DNA of 63,180 nucleotides, the filler included, from Diploschistes diacapsis (Eukaryota): the NCBI GenBank assembly GCA_023645945.1. It is 17 parts of 17 records of this genome, joined end to end, with 100 filler letters (N's around TTAATTAATTAA, not from the genome) between each part and the next. Parts side by side here need not be neighbours in the genome. Positions count along the whole stretch, not along the records: positions 1 to 20,764 come from JALAIB010000327.1; positions 20,865 to 41,603 come from JALAIB010000328.1; 15 more parts are not named here. One strand, 5' to 3'. The notes under the pieces are model-generated. The model was not told where the DNA came from. It worked only from the letters and a program-made list of their open reading frames with translations, and did no database searches. This document shows, piece after piece, positions 11,433 to 22,418 of the stretch; within the stretch, counting starts at the first letter, position 1; each line of letters begins with the position of its first letter. Both the position numbers and the translations under genes were made by a program.

Positions 11433-14423
11433 TCATCGTCCTCCCAAAGGCCGCTGGACTGGGAAAGACTGTCGCTGCACCAAGCCTCTGATCTCGCTTC
11501 TCGCCTCGACAGCCTTTTCCATCTGCCCGAGAATGCTCATCCACCCCTGCAGCTTACGTCTCCACTTCTCTTCCTCTCGCTCCTGGCGCCTCACAAACTC
11601 CGGACCCACGTCGAACTCCTCTCCCACCATTGGCTCGTCATCGCTCAAACTCGGCTTCCCACGCAACGCCTGTCCTCCAGCTCGGCTCTTTGTCTCGTCC
11701 TCCAGATCGTCAATCCCTGCGAAGGGGTCCTCGTCGTCTTCCTCGGTCGTGATGCTGACGGCAGCGCTCTCACTGCGTCCACGGGAGTTGGCTGCAATCT
11801 TCAGCCAGCGCATCTTCTCCGGATCAAAGACCATGCCGCCAACGACCTGAACGCCTTTGACGCTCCCGGGATTGGCAATGAGGGCGGGCTTGTTGAACGG
11901 AGAGAGGCCCAAGCGTTTCGGGCTCGAGGGAACGTCGAATGGGGCGAGTGCGTTTTCGTTGCCTTCCCAGCGGAAGAGTGTTGGGTTCCAGTGCATGCCG
12001 TTGACGGTCTTATACTCGGCAACACTGTTACCTAGAGGCTTGATGAGCTGAGGCTTCTTCGGCTGCTTCAAAGTGCGCTTGGAATGCCGAGGGGATGTGA
12101 TTGGTTTGGCGTTGACCACGGCTTTCCAGTTGGTGGTTGGTGCCTCTTTGATTTCAGCAATGCTTGTCTGGCGATGAGGCTGAGGCCCAGCTTGCCCAAG
12201 CCGCTGTTCTCGGGCGAGGCGTGACGCAGCCGTTGAACGAGCAAAGCTCGGCACATTGTGGTCACTTTTTTGAGGCGACAGTGGCTGTCGTGGCGTAATC
12301 TCACTGCGAGATATGCTGGTGTTAGATTGATTGGAGGCTGAGTAGAGTTTGGAACGTGACGCAGTACTCCGAAGAGAACCAAAGCCGGTCGGATTCTTGA
12401 GATACTTGGCTTCAGCTGTGGTCGATGTGGGAAGGTCGTCAAAGGCATCGAGCTCGCTACCGTCACCGAACCCATGGCGCCGGAGGGGCTTCGTCACTTG
12501 CTTCTTGGCTGCAGCTGCCCTAAGCAGAGGCTCAGGAGCCACGTTGCGGCGACTGACGGGAGTCCCAGCTCTATACAAATCTGAAAGACGTGACATTGAA
12601 CGAGCATTGAAAGGAGCATTCTCGTTCGAATTCGAGTCTGACGAAGTAGGACGATGGTACGGTCGAGACGTTTTGTTCGTCGCCACATGATGGCTCTGAG
12701 GGGGGCCACTACCAGCTGGGAGGAATGGAACCACAGGCTTGCGCAAGTGCGCAAGGCTGGGCTCAGAACGATCAACTGGAGTTTTCGGACGCGAGGAGGC
12801 AATTGTAGGCCGCGCGTAACTTTCCGTTCGAGAGAGAGGACGCTGAAACTGTGATGGAGGAGGACGAGCAGGCGATAAAGCCGCTTTACTGTTAAGCATA
12901 GGCAAAGAACGTTTGGCCTTCAGCAATTGCGCGCTCGCAGAGTTCCCAGGCTCGGAACGTAGAACGTCACGAGATTTGCGAGTGGCAAGAGATTTGCGGG
13001 GGGTTGAAGGACCCGACGGAGGAAGCATATTGGTTGTGGGAGTAGGGATGCTCGAGATGGATGACTGGTTCGAGTGATTCCCGAGTCGAGAGCTGCTGTC
13101 ATAGTTTAATGGTGCTCCGCTCTCCATGACTGTATCCAATTTGGTGCGAGGCTTCGGTATCCGGGTGTTTGCATTGGAGATTTTGTTTGTAAAGGTTAAA
13201 GTGGTTGCAGCGCGTCGAGAAGGGCTTGTCTGCTTGGTCGCCTTGTACTTGATATTGCGGTTTAGAGTGGCTTTGCCACTATCGAACAGCTCTCCATGTC
13301 CGAAATCAATGCCCTCAAAAAAATCGTCTTTCGTTGGCGAGTGTATCTCCACTTTCATAGGTTCGGCTGGTTCGGGTGACATGTTCTGTATCCGCTTCTT
13401 CAGGGCTTCCTCCAGTTTCAGAGGACCTGTAGGGAGCACGAGTCCATCAAGGCCCTCATCCTCGCTTTCCGCCGTCAGACAACTGGACAAGCTGGGACTG
13501 AAGACGCTGGGGCTGCGTGCCGATATGGATGAACTCCTGGCTGGCTTTCCAGTCTTACGTGCACCGCCGAATGAGGTGCTGAGGCTTCCCTGGCTACCCT
13601 CAGCCCACTCCGTGTCGAAATCGTCGAAAACTTGCGGCATTGGAGTCTTTGGGGTTTCCTTTCGGGCAGAAAGTCTCAAGCTTCCGTCGGCGGGCAGCTC
13701 AAAGTCATCTTCAAAACTGTCGGTCTGTTGCGATGCTTTAACCGGCGATGGCGTGAAGCTCGGGAGTTTGGTTGGCAATCTGTTCTTCACGACTTTAATG
13801 GTCGGAATATCATCAAAGAATTCGTCCTCGTCAGCATCTTTGAACTTATCCAAGACATTGGCAGTTCCAGCGGCCTGTAGACGTTCCATAAAGGTCATGC
13901 TGCCTTTCGTCTTCAATGAGCTTGTGCTTGCTGGCGCATTAAGGCTGACCTGGCGGAGAGATGGCGGGAACTCTTTCCCGTCGTTCATCTTAAGCTTCAG
14001 CCCTCCGTTACCAGAAGCTGGCATTTCAATATCCTCCCCCCAATCATCTCTAATCATGGCTTTTGAGATTTTCTTTCCTCCCAACTTTCTGATTGTTCCT
14101 CCAACAAGAGCAGAGGATGGAACATTAGCAGGGAGTGGGATGCCCCTCCGTTGAGCATTTTCGAGTGCCGATTTTGTTGATGCTTCAGTATCGTCAGAAA
14201 TGAGAAGCTGCCAATCTCCCTCGTCTTCCAACTCTGACCGTGATGAGATACGTGAGCTTGTAGAGTCACGATGGTTAGGTGATTTGGACGAAGCAGACGT
14301 TCCAGTTGTAGTGGTGGAGGCGTGCCTAAATTGCAAATTTTCGAACCCTCCAATGTCGCCATCGTCATCCCAGCACTCAACCTGCTCTTTTCGAGCAAGC
14401 TCAGGTCTCCTTGAGAGCTCCAT
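11433..14423 (-). CDS. byr4: Byr4/Bfa1-like cytokinesis (SIN/MEN) regulator
   Basis: 996-aa intronless ORF with VECWDDD, FGDGSELDAFDDLPT, GMHWNPTLFRWEGNE, GGMVFDPEKMRWLK and EEFDVGPEFVRRQ motifs typical of fungal Byr4. Confidence 0.85.
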   Translation of the reverse strand: MELSRRPELARKEQVECWDDDGDIGGFENLQFRHASTTTTGTSASSKSPNHRDSTSSRISSRSELEDEGDWQLLISDDTEASTKSALENAQRRGIPLPANVPSSALVGGTIRKLGGKKISKAMIRDDWGEDIEMPASGNGGLKLKMNDGKEFPPSLRQVSLNAPASTSSLKTKGSMTFMERLQAAGTANVLDKFKDADEDEFFDDIPTIKVVKNRLPTKLPSFTPSPVKASQQTDSFEDDFELPADGSLRLSARKETPKTPMPQVFDDFDTEWAEGSQGSLSTSFGGARKTGKPARSSSISARSPSVFSPSLSSCLTAESEDEGLDGLVLPTGPLKLEEALKKRIQNMSPEPAEPMKVEIHSPTKDDFFEGIDFGHGELFDSGKATLNRNIKYKATKQTSPSRRAATTLTFTNKISNANTRIPKPRTKLDTVMESGAPLNYDSSSRLGNHSNQSSISSIPTPTTNMLPPSGPSTPRKSLATRKSRDVLRSEPGNSASAQLLKAKRSLPMLNSKAALSPARPPPSQFQRPLSRTESYARPTIASSRPKTPVDRSEPSLAHLRKPVVPFLPAGSGPPQSHHVATNKTSRPYHRPTSSDSNSNENAPFNARSMSRLSDLYRAGTPVSRRNVAPEPLLRAAAAKKQVTKPLRRHGFGDGSELDAFDDLPTSTTAEAKYLKNPTGFGSLRSTASRSKLYSASNQSNTSISRSEITPRQPLSPQKSDHNVPSFARSTAASRLAREQRLGQAGPQPHRQTSIAEIKEAPTTNWKAVVNAKPITSPRHSKRTLKQPKKPQLIKPLGNSVAEYKTVNGMHWNPTLFRWEGNENALAPFDVPSSPKRLGLSPFNKPALIANPGSVKGVQVVGGMVFDPEKMRWLKIAANSRGRSESAAVSITTEEDDEDPFAGIDDLEDETKSRAGGQALRGKPSLSDDEPMVGEEFDVGPEFVRRQEREEEKWRRKLQGWMSILGQMEKAVEARSEIRGLVQRQSFPVQRPLGGR

Positions 14424-15331
14424 AGCGACTGGTGAATCACTGAGAACCCGGAATCTTATGAACTTCGTAGTAATGGAGGATGGTAAATCGTGATAACAGG
14501 TATATACAGATGTTATGCGAAATTAGCTGGTGTTTGCTGTGGGTTAGTAGATCCGTGTACAAACAGTAAAAATCGTCAATTCATGACCATGAAAGTTTCG
14601 TACAGATGATTTAATTTGAATGAGGGTGTTGTCCGAAGGGAGACGCGGCAAGCGCAACCGTGAACAGGCAGCTTCCTGGCCCTCACCTAGGGCAGGAATA
14701 ATAACCGCTGCTTCGCGATCTCGAGGGCAGAAATGAAGAGAAGAGGACGAGGATGAATTTTCGGTATCGCAAAATGCGGACAACAAAGCGCAGTTGTCGC
14801 AGCTGAGGGAGGCTGGTTAGTGGGTCGCTCGGTGTCGTGTGGGAATGAGGTTGGAAGAGAAAGGTCTGCGGATGGGTCGCGTCTCTGCGCCAAGGAGTGC
14901 AGACGGAAAACTGTACCGAGAGGGAACGATATAGGGCTTAGCGCCGGTCTATCCCAGCCTCTTCCTCTTCGGGTTAGAACAACTGAGTCCACCTAGCATA
15001 CACGAGGCCACTTGTTACTTCCCATATCATACCTCTGCAGGTATCAACGTATTTCAATATGGTATGGGTAGGAATACAAGTTCGAGTACGACGAGAAATA
15101 ATGGTATCATTGGCATGCAATTTATGCATTTTCGTGCAAAGTCTCGAACCCAAGGCAAAAAGACTCCCCCAAATATAGGGACATCCTGCGAACGAGGAAC
15201 AATAGTATCTCTGACGTCCCGCATTCCAGGCGCCTTCTGGATAGTTCCTACTCTACAAGACCGTTCCTCCCAGCATGTCGCTGCGTGAATCATCGTATCG
15301 TTCATGTCGTGCACGTCAGGAAGGCTGTAGC

Positions 15332-17627
15332 TTAACTTCGCTGCCTCTTCATAGGACGACTTTCTTCCTCCACTTGGCCCCCTTCCTCTGTTGTGTTTGC
15401 TGGACTAGTAGCCTCACTGCTGTTTAGTGTTTCGACAACTCGACCTTCTGGGGTTTCACCTGTATCTCTCGCGTATCCAGGAGCAGCGCTGTCACCGAGC
15501 GGGTTGTCGAAGCTGAAATCATTGTTTCCGTCAAAACCTGTCGAATCATCGCCAAACTCGGCATCGTTATTGACATCGTTGAAGTAATCCCCACTGTTGA
15601 AAATCTGGTCGAAATCTAAAGAATCGTTTAGTTGAACCGGAATATAGGAGTTCACGTCATTGAAACCCGGAATGCTTCCGTTAGGGCTGATGGGCGAAAG
15701 ACGGTTCGAAATATTCGTCAACTTACTGTCTGTATCCCGCATGCTTTTCTGCAGAAAGGCAATATCATCATCCGATGCCTGCCAATTCTGAAGGTTCGAT
15801 ACATGCGCAGTTGGCGGATTAGGCGACGTAAGAGCATTGTTGTCCATTTCGGAGAGTCCCTGGTTGCTTCCATTTGCCATCAACTTAAGCATGCCATTAC
15901 GCTCGCTGGCGCTGAGCGGGCCCTTGCCGTCACTATTCTGCAGATGTGATAAAGCTTCCCCAAAATCCATCTGACTGGTTGCAGGCATGTTGACATCGTT
16001 TGCGTTGGCTGAATTGATCAAAGACATGATGTCTCGCTCAGACATCGCACAGCCTGCTCCAGTGTCGTTGTTCATCGTGGGCTGTTGCGCGGTGCGAATT
16101 GGACGGCGAGGTTCTTGGTCAGACAGCTCTTCAACAACCGGATGATTCGAGGCTTGATTTTGGTCCTGCATAATGGCAAATGGGTCGCGATTCGACGTGT
16201 CATTACTGGCTTGTGGCGTAGATGCAACACTCGTTATGCGGCCATCCTCTACACCACTGCTAGATGGAGGCGCCTGCAGCAACAGAGGTTGCCTCCTTGG
16301 GTGCCTCCGAGCAGGAGTGCCCTTGGGGTTAACCCCCTGATCGCCTAGATCCCCAACGTCCACGACACTACCTTGTTGAGGCAAGTCGTGAGGCACGTTA
16401 CTGGCGAACATATTACCGATATTCTGGTTTCCATGGCCTTCCAAACTTCGATTGTATACTGTTGCAAGAAAGGTCAGAATAGCATTTATTGAGTTCTCAT
16501 GCCTGTTGTGTAAATCCTGAAAGGCTTGAGCTTGCTGGATAATCTGGTCATGGTCGCAGCGGATCTTCTGAATTACTCCGGCAATTGCTTGATGTTGCTG
16601 TCGGATCAGTCGTAGTTCTTGGTGAAGCGTTGTCAGCTCCTCATGCGCCAATGCATTATCGCCCTGACCAATCATCAAGGGTGGCTTTGCCGCTCTTATA
16701 CTTGAGCCCCTATCTTTGCCATTCGCACCAGCGACGGCAGGGTTTTCCACCTCGTAGTTCTCCTCCTCCTCGTTGCCTTCCTCCTGCCTCTCTTTTCCAC
16801 CCTTTCCTTTGCCTTGAACCGATTTCGGCTTTTGTATTAGCCACATCCAACTGGGCTTGCCCCGTTTAAAATAGGGGTTCTTATATTCACTCGGGCTTTT
16901 GTTCTTTCTCTCGCTAGCTCTCATGGAATTATCGGAAAGCCCAACCTGCTTATGAAAGCCGTACATGTTCAACTGTCGGACGAAGGAAGCATAATTTGCA
17001 TGCTTGAATAGCTCGGGTATGAGCGTTCTTGCAAATTCCTCCTCGTCCAAAACAATGAAGGAATCACCCTCAGGGGACCATCGAATAAGCTCGGTGTTCC
17101 GAAATTCGTCCAGGAAACTAGATTATAAGTCAGCATTTAATCATCAACTGTTGAGGGTGGATTTCCAACCTTCTAAGTTTCTGGACAAACGGAGGTATCT
17201 GTTTTCTGTTCTTTTTGGCAGCTTCCATTGCTTCTCGGGCTTCTTCATCAATTCTCTCCTCATCCGTACTTTGTATCCAGTTGAAGTTGTTTGGTTGAGT
17301 CAAATCGTCCACCAAATCAGGCCAAGCATCATTCGTCCCATTGCCATAGGAAGGTTTGGGACTCATAGTGTTGATCGGTCTTCGTGTTAGCTGATTGGAT
17401 GTTTCTTGCGGAATCGCTTGGTTTGCAATAGTGGCATATAAATTCGGAGCAAAAGTGCTTTCCGCATCGCCGTAACCTGTCGAGCCCATAATTGTGTTTC
17501 CTTGATCCCATTGCAGATACTGATCGGCCGTCGAATAAGAAGGTTGAGCTGTGAAAGTCGAGCTACCTACATTCTGCACTGGAGAGGCACCAGGCGCTGC
17601 TCTCTTTCGACTTGCTCCAGTAGTCAT
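15332..17627 (-). CDS. HSF1: Heat shock transcription factor
   Basis: Exons 17627-17170 and 17117-15332 (intron 17169-17118, GT..CTGAC..TAG) give IPPFVQKLRSFLDE...LIRWSPEGDSFIV...FKHANYASFVRQLNMYGFHK, the HSF DNA-binding domain, followed by a heptad region. Confidence 0.93.
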
Positions 17628-18209
17628 CCTCTTATTGTAGGCTCCGATAGGCCGGTGCTTAAATCAGCGCATTCAGCTGCGCTCCTTACCATCCACAAGG
17701 CGGGCTGCTGGAGCTGCAGAGTGAGTTCCTGTGAGCGTCTGACTGCGAAAACTAACTAATCGGATAGCGAAGACAAGCTTGCGTATTGGCTGCCTGTATT
17801 TCGGATCGGCTCTCGACTTGTCTTCTGGCGCAGGTTGCTCCACTGCCGTAGTGAGTATATATCCTAAATGGCTTGGTAGAGGTTGATATGCGCAACGATA
17901 GCAGCTTCGAGGTGGCCCTATAAGTGTTTGTCCTGTTCAATCGGCCTCCTAGAACCTTGGCTGCATAATGGTTTGTTCGAGTTTATTACGCGAAAAGCCC
18001 CCTCTGTGCCCTTTACTGAAGCGGAAACTCTGAAGTGAAGAAAATCTAAGAGGGAAAGGATGGTCACAATCAATCTAATCGCGATCAATCGACAGTAGAT
18101 ACTAGGACGAGCGCATCTCGATTATGCCCCCAGTTTAGGTTGCCTACAATACGCCCGTGTTACAGCGCAAGGTCGTCATAGTTACATGCAGCAGCAGCCT
18201 TGTAAGATA

Positions 18210-19150
18210 TTATTGACTTATGGCTGGAATGATTAACGCTTAACCGATTAACAGCCCATTAATTGATTAACGAACCAGTTTCGTTAATCGGTTATTAATC
18301 AGGCTGAATAGTTTATTAATCGATTGCCTCAGGACCCAGACCTAATAGCTGCGCCAGGCTTAGCCAGAATCTAAGCTCCTTTGGGTTAAACCCTTCCGCT
18401 AAATTCCATTCGGATTAGCGGATGCTGACTCAATCGTCGGGGCCTATTTTACACGTTATAAACATCTTTTGCTGCCAATTACTTTTACGCTAGTAACTTA
18501 GACGACGCTTTTTTCGTCTTTTATTCGAGCATCTTTTCGAGCACTTTTTTTAAGCATCTGAAGCGGCTTTTTGAAGCTTTTGAAGCAGCGCATTCGGCAG
18601 CGCATTTAGACCTTTCGATTATAATCCAGGTCTAAACCGCCTGCGCCAGCACCTTCAGCACCCCCGGCACCCTTAACACCCCGCCAACGCCGCTACCGCT
18701 ATCATCACCCTTATTTTCACATTGCGCATTCCAGAGCACCTTTTTGACCCCCTACGGAGCTTTCTGAGAACCTCATTATACACGCTACAAAATATCTCCG
18801 ATATAAAATGCTTCAGAAAAGCTACGCAATAGTCAAGATTTTAAATCAAAATATAGTCGCATTCGACCAACGCGAAAAAATCCAATTTATTTATGTACAA
18901 TATCTTTTATACTTAATGCATTCAATAGACAAATTGCAAAGGATCTTCCCGATATAAAAAATTATAAGTTTTGTAATTGTTTGAATCGGACGCGTACAAC
19001 AGTTTTTTAATAGACGAAAGCCGATACGAACCCCATAATTATTAAAATGCGCGAGTCTGACAGCATGTTATAAGCCTAACCCAAAGAGGCTTAGCGCTAA
19101 ATGCTAGGCTAATAGCCAAAAGGGGCTTAGTCGCGCAACCAGCGCGCCAG
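18210..19150. mobile_element. Degenerate DNA-transposon-like relic(s), unclassified
   Basis: Cluster of CGATTAA/TTAATCG motifs at 18230-18325. Inverted motif CTAAGC..CTTTGGGTTA near 18371 versus TAACCCAAAG..GCTTAG near 19077. AT-rich, RIP-like composition. No recognisable ORF. Confidence 0.3.
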
Positions 19151-19239
19151 GGTCATTGAGGCTGTCAAAAAAAACTCGCTTTTTTTCTGATCTTTCTTTT
19201 ATTGTTGCATGGAACCTGCTTAATTGATGTATAAACTTA

Positions 19240-19542
19240 ACGTATTTCATGAGTCATCCGTCCACACAAGTCATCCGCCCACCTACCCCCTTTTCTACAT
19301 GTTTTCAATATATCTCAACCACCATTATGCCAATTGATATTCAGCAAAAAAGACGGCTATTATTAATTATTAAAACAATAAAAACTAATCAAATTACTTC
19401 TATACGGAAAACTATATAAATATACGATGTTCCTCGATCTATTTTACGTAATAAACTTTAAAAATCTCGAAAATAACGTATACGAAATCGTACGAAACGC
19501 AAATTAATAAAAACGAAAAAATATACGCTTCTTTAATAAATC
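19240..19542 (+). mobile_element. Fot1/pogo DNA transposon 5' relic (RIP-mutated)
   Basis: TA|ACGT terminus with a repeated GTCATCCG.CCAC motif. From 19327 the frame reads MPIDIQQKRRLLL..TSIRKT..IYDVPRSILR (psq-type HTH) with stops. Truncated at the TRIM. Confidence 0.75.
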
Positions 19543-20132
19543 TGTAAGGCCTGCGGGGTTACACATCTGCCACCTGCTGCCACAGCCACGCACCTACATA
19601 TAGTGTAATAGGGAAACAGTGCTTCGGGGTTCCTGAAAGCATTGTGATTAGTCTTTTAGCTCAGTGGGATAGTTGTTACCTATTAAGCACTACCCCCGCT
19701 GTTATAGTTATGCTTTTAGTTCCCAGGTCGTTAGTTCGAGCATAAGGTTAATCATCTATATGGGTCGAATTAATTGCGTACTATTATTACTTACAGGTGT
19801 GGATTTGTTCGGGAGCGTAATAAACATACCCAGGGGCCTCTAAGTCATTATAAATAGTTGCGATAAACGGCTTAGGGTATCCAACATACCCGGGGCGTTA
19901 TATAAGACGTGGTAAATGCGGGGTTAGTTAGTGCGCTAGGAGTCAGCACTGTGGGGAGGGGAGATAGTTGTAAGGCCTGCGGGGTTACACATCTGTCACC
20001 TGCTGCCACAGCCACGCACCTACATATAGTGCAATAGGGAAACAGTGCTTCGGGGTTCCTGAAAGCATTGTGGTTAGTCTTTTGGCTAAGTGGGATAATT
20101 GCTACCTATTAGGCACTACCCCCGCTGTTACA
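19543..20132 (+). mobile_element. TRIM-like non-autonomous LTR element, copy 1
   Basis: 164-bp direct repeats at 19543-19706 and 19969-20132 (TGTAAGG...TGTTACA) around a 262-bp non-coding interior. Polypurine tract GGGGAGGGGAGA before the 3' LTR. No matching TSD. Confidence 0.85.
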
Positions 20133-20216
20133 GTTATAACAGATTTCGAAAGATTAAAAATTCGTTTTTTCTAGTCGTAATATTTTATTGGCTTAAAAAA
20201 GTTATCTGCCGACGTA

Positions 20217-20260
20217 ACGTGTTTCACGGGGATTCCGGCCACTTCAAATCATTACCGCTA
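20217..20260 (+). mobile_element. Fot1/pogo-family terminal inverted repeat
   Basis: TA|ACGTGTTTCACGGGGATTCCGGCCAC, same family as the TIRs at 46800, 48027, 49769, 53283, 53583, 57841 and 58727. Confidence 0.7.
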
Positions 20261-20764
20261 ACATTATACGGTTTTTAGATATAACTTATTCCTCGCAATT
20301 AGAATCTAATCGATCTAAATTAAATCTATTTTCCTCCTCTTTATCCTTCTCGATTTTAGAAACGCGACGACGTTTTATACGCGTTATAAGTCGTTTCGAA
20401 ACTGTCCGACTCGATTTAACTCGAATTATTATTTTAGAACATCACGAAAAGTTTTTCAAACAAAAATTCTTTTCTGGCGAAACCGGCGAAACTAACGAAA
20501 CTGGCGAAACCGGCGAAGATAACGAGGCCAATCATTTTTATTACGTAATCAAGAAATAAAAAAGCTTTTTTTAATATTTTAAAAAAATATTAAAAAATCC
20601 GCTAATTTAGCGCCGGATAACTAGCGTTGATAACTCGCTAAAACTCTCACGCCGAGAATATCAACGCTTACGTAATATAAAATACGCCATTGTTAATATT
20701 TTCGCGACAATATATAGTACCTATTCAACCCCGTTAAATCCGATACCACTAATACTAATTAATT

Positions 20765-20864
20765 NNNNNNNNNNNNNNNNNNNNNNNNNNNNNNNNNNNN
20801 NNNNNNNNTTAATTAATTAANNNNNNNNNNNNNNNNNNNNNNNNNNNNNNNNNNNNNNNNNNNN
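20765..20864. other. Artificial contig spacer N44-TTAATTAATTAA-N44 (first of 16)
   Basis: Identical 100-nt spacers start at 20765, 41604, 43045, 44486, 45927, 47368, 48808, 50248, 51688, 53127, 54566, 56004, 57440, 58876, 60311 and 61746. The linker has stops in all six frames. Confidence 0.98.
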
Positions 20865-20946
20865 CTCCCATCCTCCGCACCTATTACTTTCTCCTCCATC
20901 AGGCATCCACCATCTCCTCCACCACGCCCACTAATCAACCCACCAG

Positions 20947-21738
20947 CTAACCTCCCGCGCCCTCCCGCGCCTCTCCTCCGACTCCCGCCTGACGCCGCTC
21001 CTGAGCCACCTCTCCTCCTCCTTCACCCACGGCCCGCTCAGCACCCTCTCCGACACGGACCAATCCCTCGCCACCACGCACCTCACGGCCTCCAGCATCG
21101 ACGCCCTCGCGCCGCAGCACTTCCCGCTCTGCATGCACCACCTGCACCGCACGCTGCGCTCGACCTCGCACCTCCGCCACTTCGGGCGGCTGCAGTACAC
21201 GCTCTTCCTCAAGGGCCTGGGCCTCAGCCTGGACGAGTGCCTGGCGTTCTGGCGGCGCGGCTTCGCGGCGCGGACCGACGACGCCACCTTCGACAAGCAG
21301 TACCGGTACAACGTGCGGCACGCGTACGGCGACGTCGGCGGCGACTCCAACCGGCGCGGCCGGGGCTACGCGCCGCTGTCCTGCCAGCGCATCCTGACCG
21401 AGCACCCGCCCGGCCCCGGCGACGCCCACGGCTGCCCCTACAAGCACTTCTCCGCCGACCGCCTGGCCGCTCTGCTCGCCGCCACCACCCCCGGCGCCGA
21501 CGACCAGCCGCTGCTGCTCCGCGGCGTGCGCGACGACGTCGCCGCCTCCCGCTTCCACGTCGCCTGCAACCGCGTCTTCGACTGGCTCCATCGCGCCGAG
21601 ATCGCCAGGGCCAGGGCCGACGGCCGCTGGACCGCCGCCGAGCTGGACACCATCGTCCACCCGAACACGTACTTTAAGAGGAGCTTCTTGCTGAAGAACG
21701 GGAAGCGCGACGGGGACGGGGACATGGCGGACGAGTGA
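20947..21738 (+). CDS. PRI2: DNA primase large subunit, 3' exon (5' end outside the contig)
   Basis: After a branch point/acceptor (CTAAT..CAG, 20946) the frame reads LTSRALPRL...HFPLCM...HLRHFGRLQYTLFLKGLGL...YRYNVRHAYG...SCQRI..HGCPY...VACNRVF...HPNTYF, with four conserved Fe-S cysteines. Confidence 0.92.
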   Translation, partial: LTSRALPRLSSDSRLTPLLSHLSSSFTHGPLSTLSDTDQSLATTHLTASSIDALAPQHFPLCMHHLHRTLRSTSHLRHFGRLQYTLFLKGLGLSLDECLAFWRRGFAARTDDATFDKQYRYNVRHAYGDVGGDSNRRGRGYAPLSCQRILTEHPPGPGDAHGCPYKHFSADRLAALLAATTPGADDQPLLLRGVRDDVAASRFHVACNRVFDWLHRAEIARARADGRWTAAELDTIVHPNTYFKRSFLLKNGKRDGDGDMADE

Positions 21739-22307
21739 GCGAGCGAGCGAGCGAGGGATGGGGATGGGGATGGGGGACGGGAGGGGAGCTAGAGAGAGCA
21801 GGGAACGGCCGTGGCGGAGGGAGGAGGAGATTTGGGTTGGCGGAGGGGGATTTGCAAATATCAAAGGAAAGGAAATGGGCGTTGGGCGTGGTGGGATCAG
21901 AACCCGGCCGCGCCGCGCGCACCGGCGTGCGTTTTTTCGAACAGCAACACAAATTTCATACTGCGTGGTAATAATGGCATCCACTCGACCGCACTCGACT
22001 GCGCTTTGTTTTTGCGACGAGTATCCCCTTTTTTTTCTTCTACTTTTCGACGATGGATTACGGCAGGGCGCAGGTGTTGTGTGTCACAGCATACATGCCT
22101 GAAAGCAGGGGGGTTTCGGCTGCGCGAACGGCCCAGACCGCGCGCGACGGGTTGGTGGTGTCGGCTGTGATTGCGCTTGCGCTTTGCACTCGATCGGATC
22201 ACGATGGCAGCGACATGCATTCTCGTGGACCGTCGAGTTGTATCATATCATTCGTAAAAGTCGTATCGTAAGTCATACAAGCAAGCACTCAAGCAAGGCC
22301 TTGCACT

Positions 22308-22340
22308 AGCAGCAGCAGCAGCAGCAGCAGCAGCGGCAGC
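22308..22340. repeat. (AGC)n microsatellite
   Basis: About 10 AGC units with one interruption. Confidence 0.85.
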
Positions 22341-22418
22341 GGGCGCCAGGAAACCAGCCTGAAGCGCACCTCTCGCTACACCGCTCCACTCCTCCTCTTC
22401 CTGCACGCGAGAGCGACC

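Noticed and set aside
13126..14154. 342-aa plus-strand ORF, and similar ORFs at 27312-28178, 27824-28564 and 32495-33271
   Set aside because: Antisense shadows of longer, better-supported genes, with no recognisable motifs.
19538..20146. AAATC...GATTT flanks of TRIM copy 1 as a TSD or extended TIR
   Set aside because: The flanks are inverted rather than direct, only 5 bp, and not seen in the other copies; the host pogo frame does not resume afterwards.
20947..21984. 345-aa minus-strand ORF and other overlapping ORFs
   Set aside because: Shadow frames of the very GC-rich PRI2 exon.
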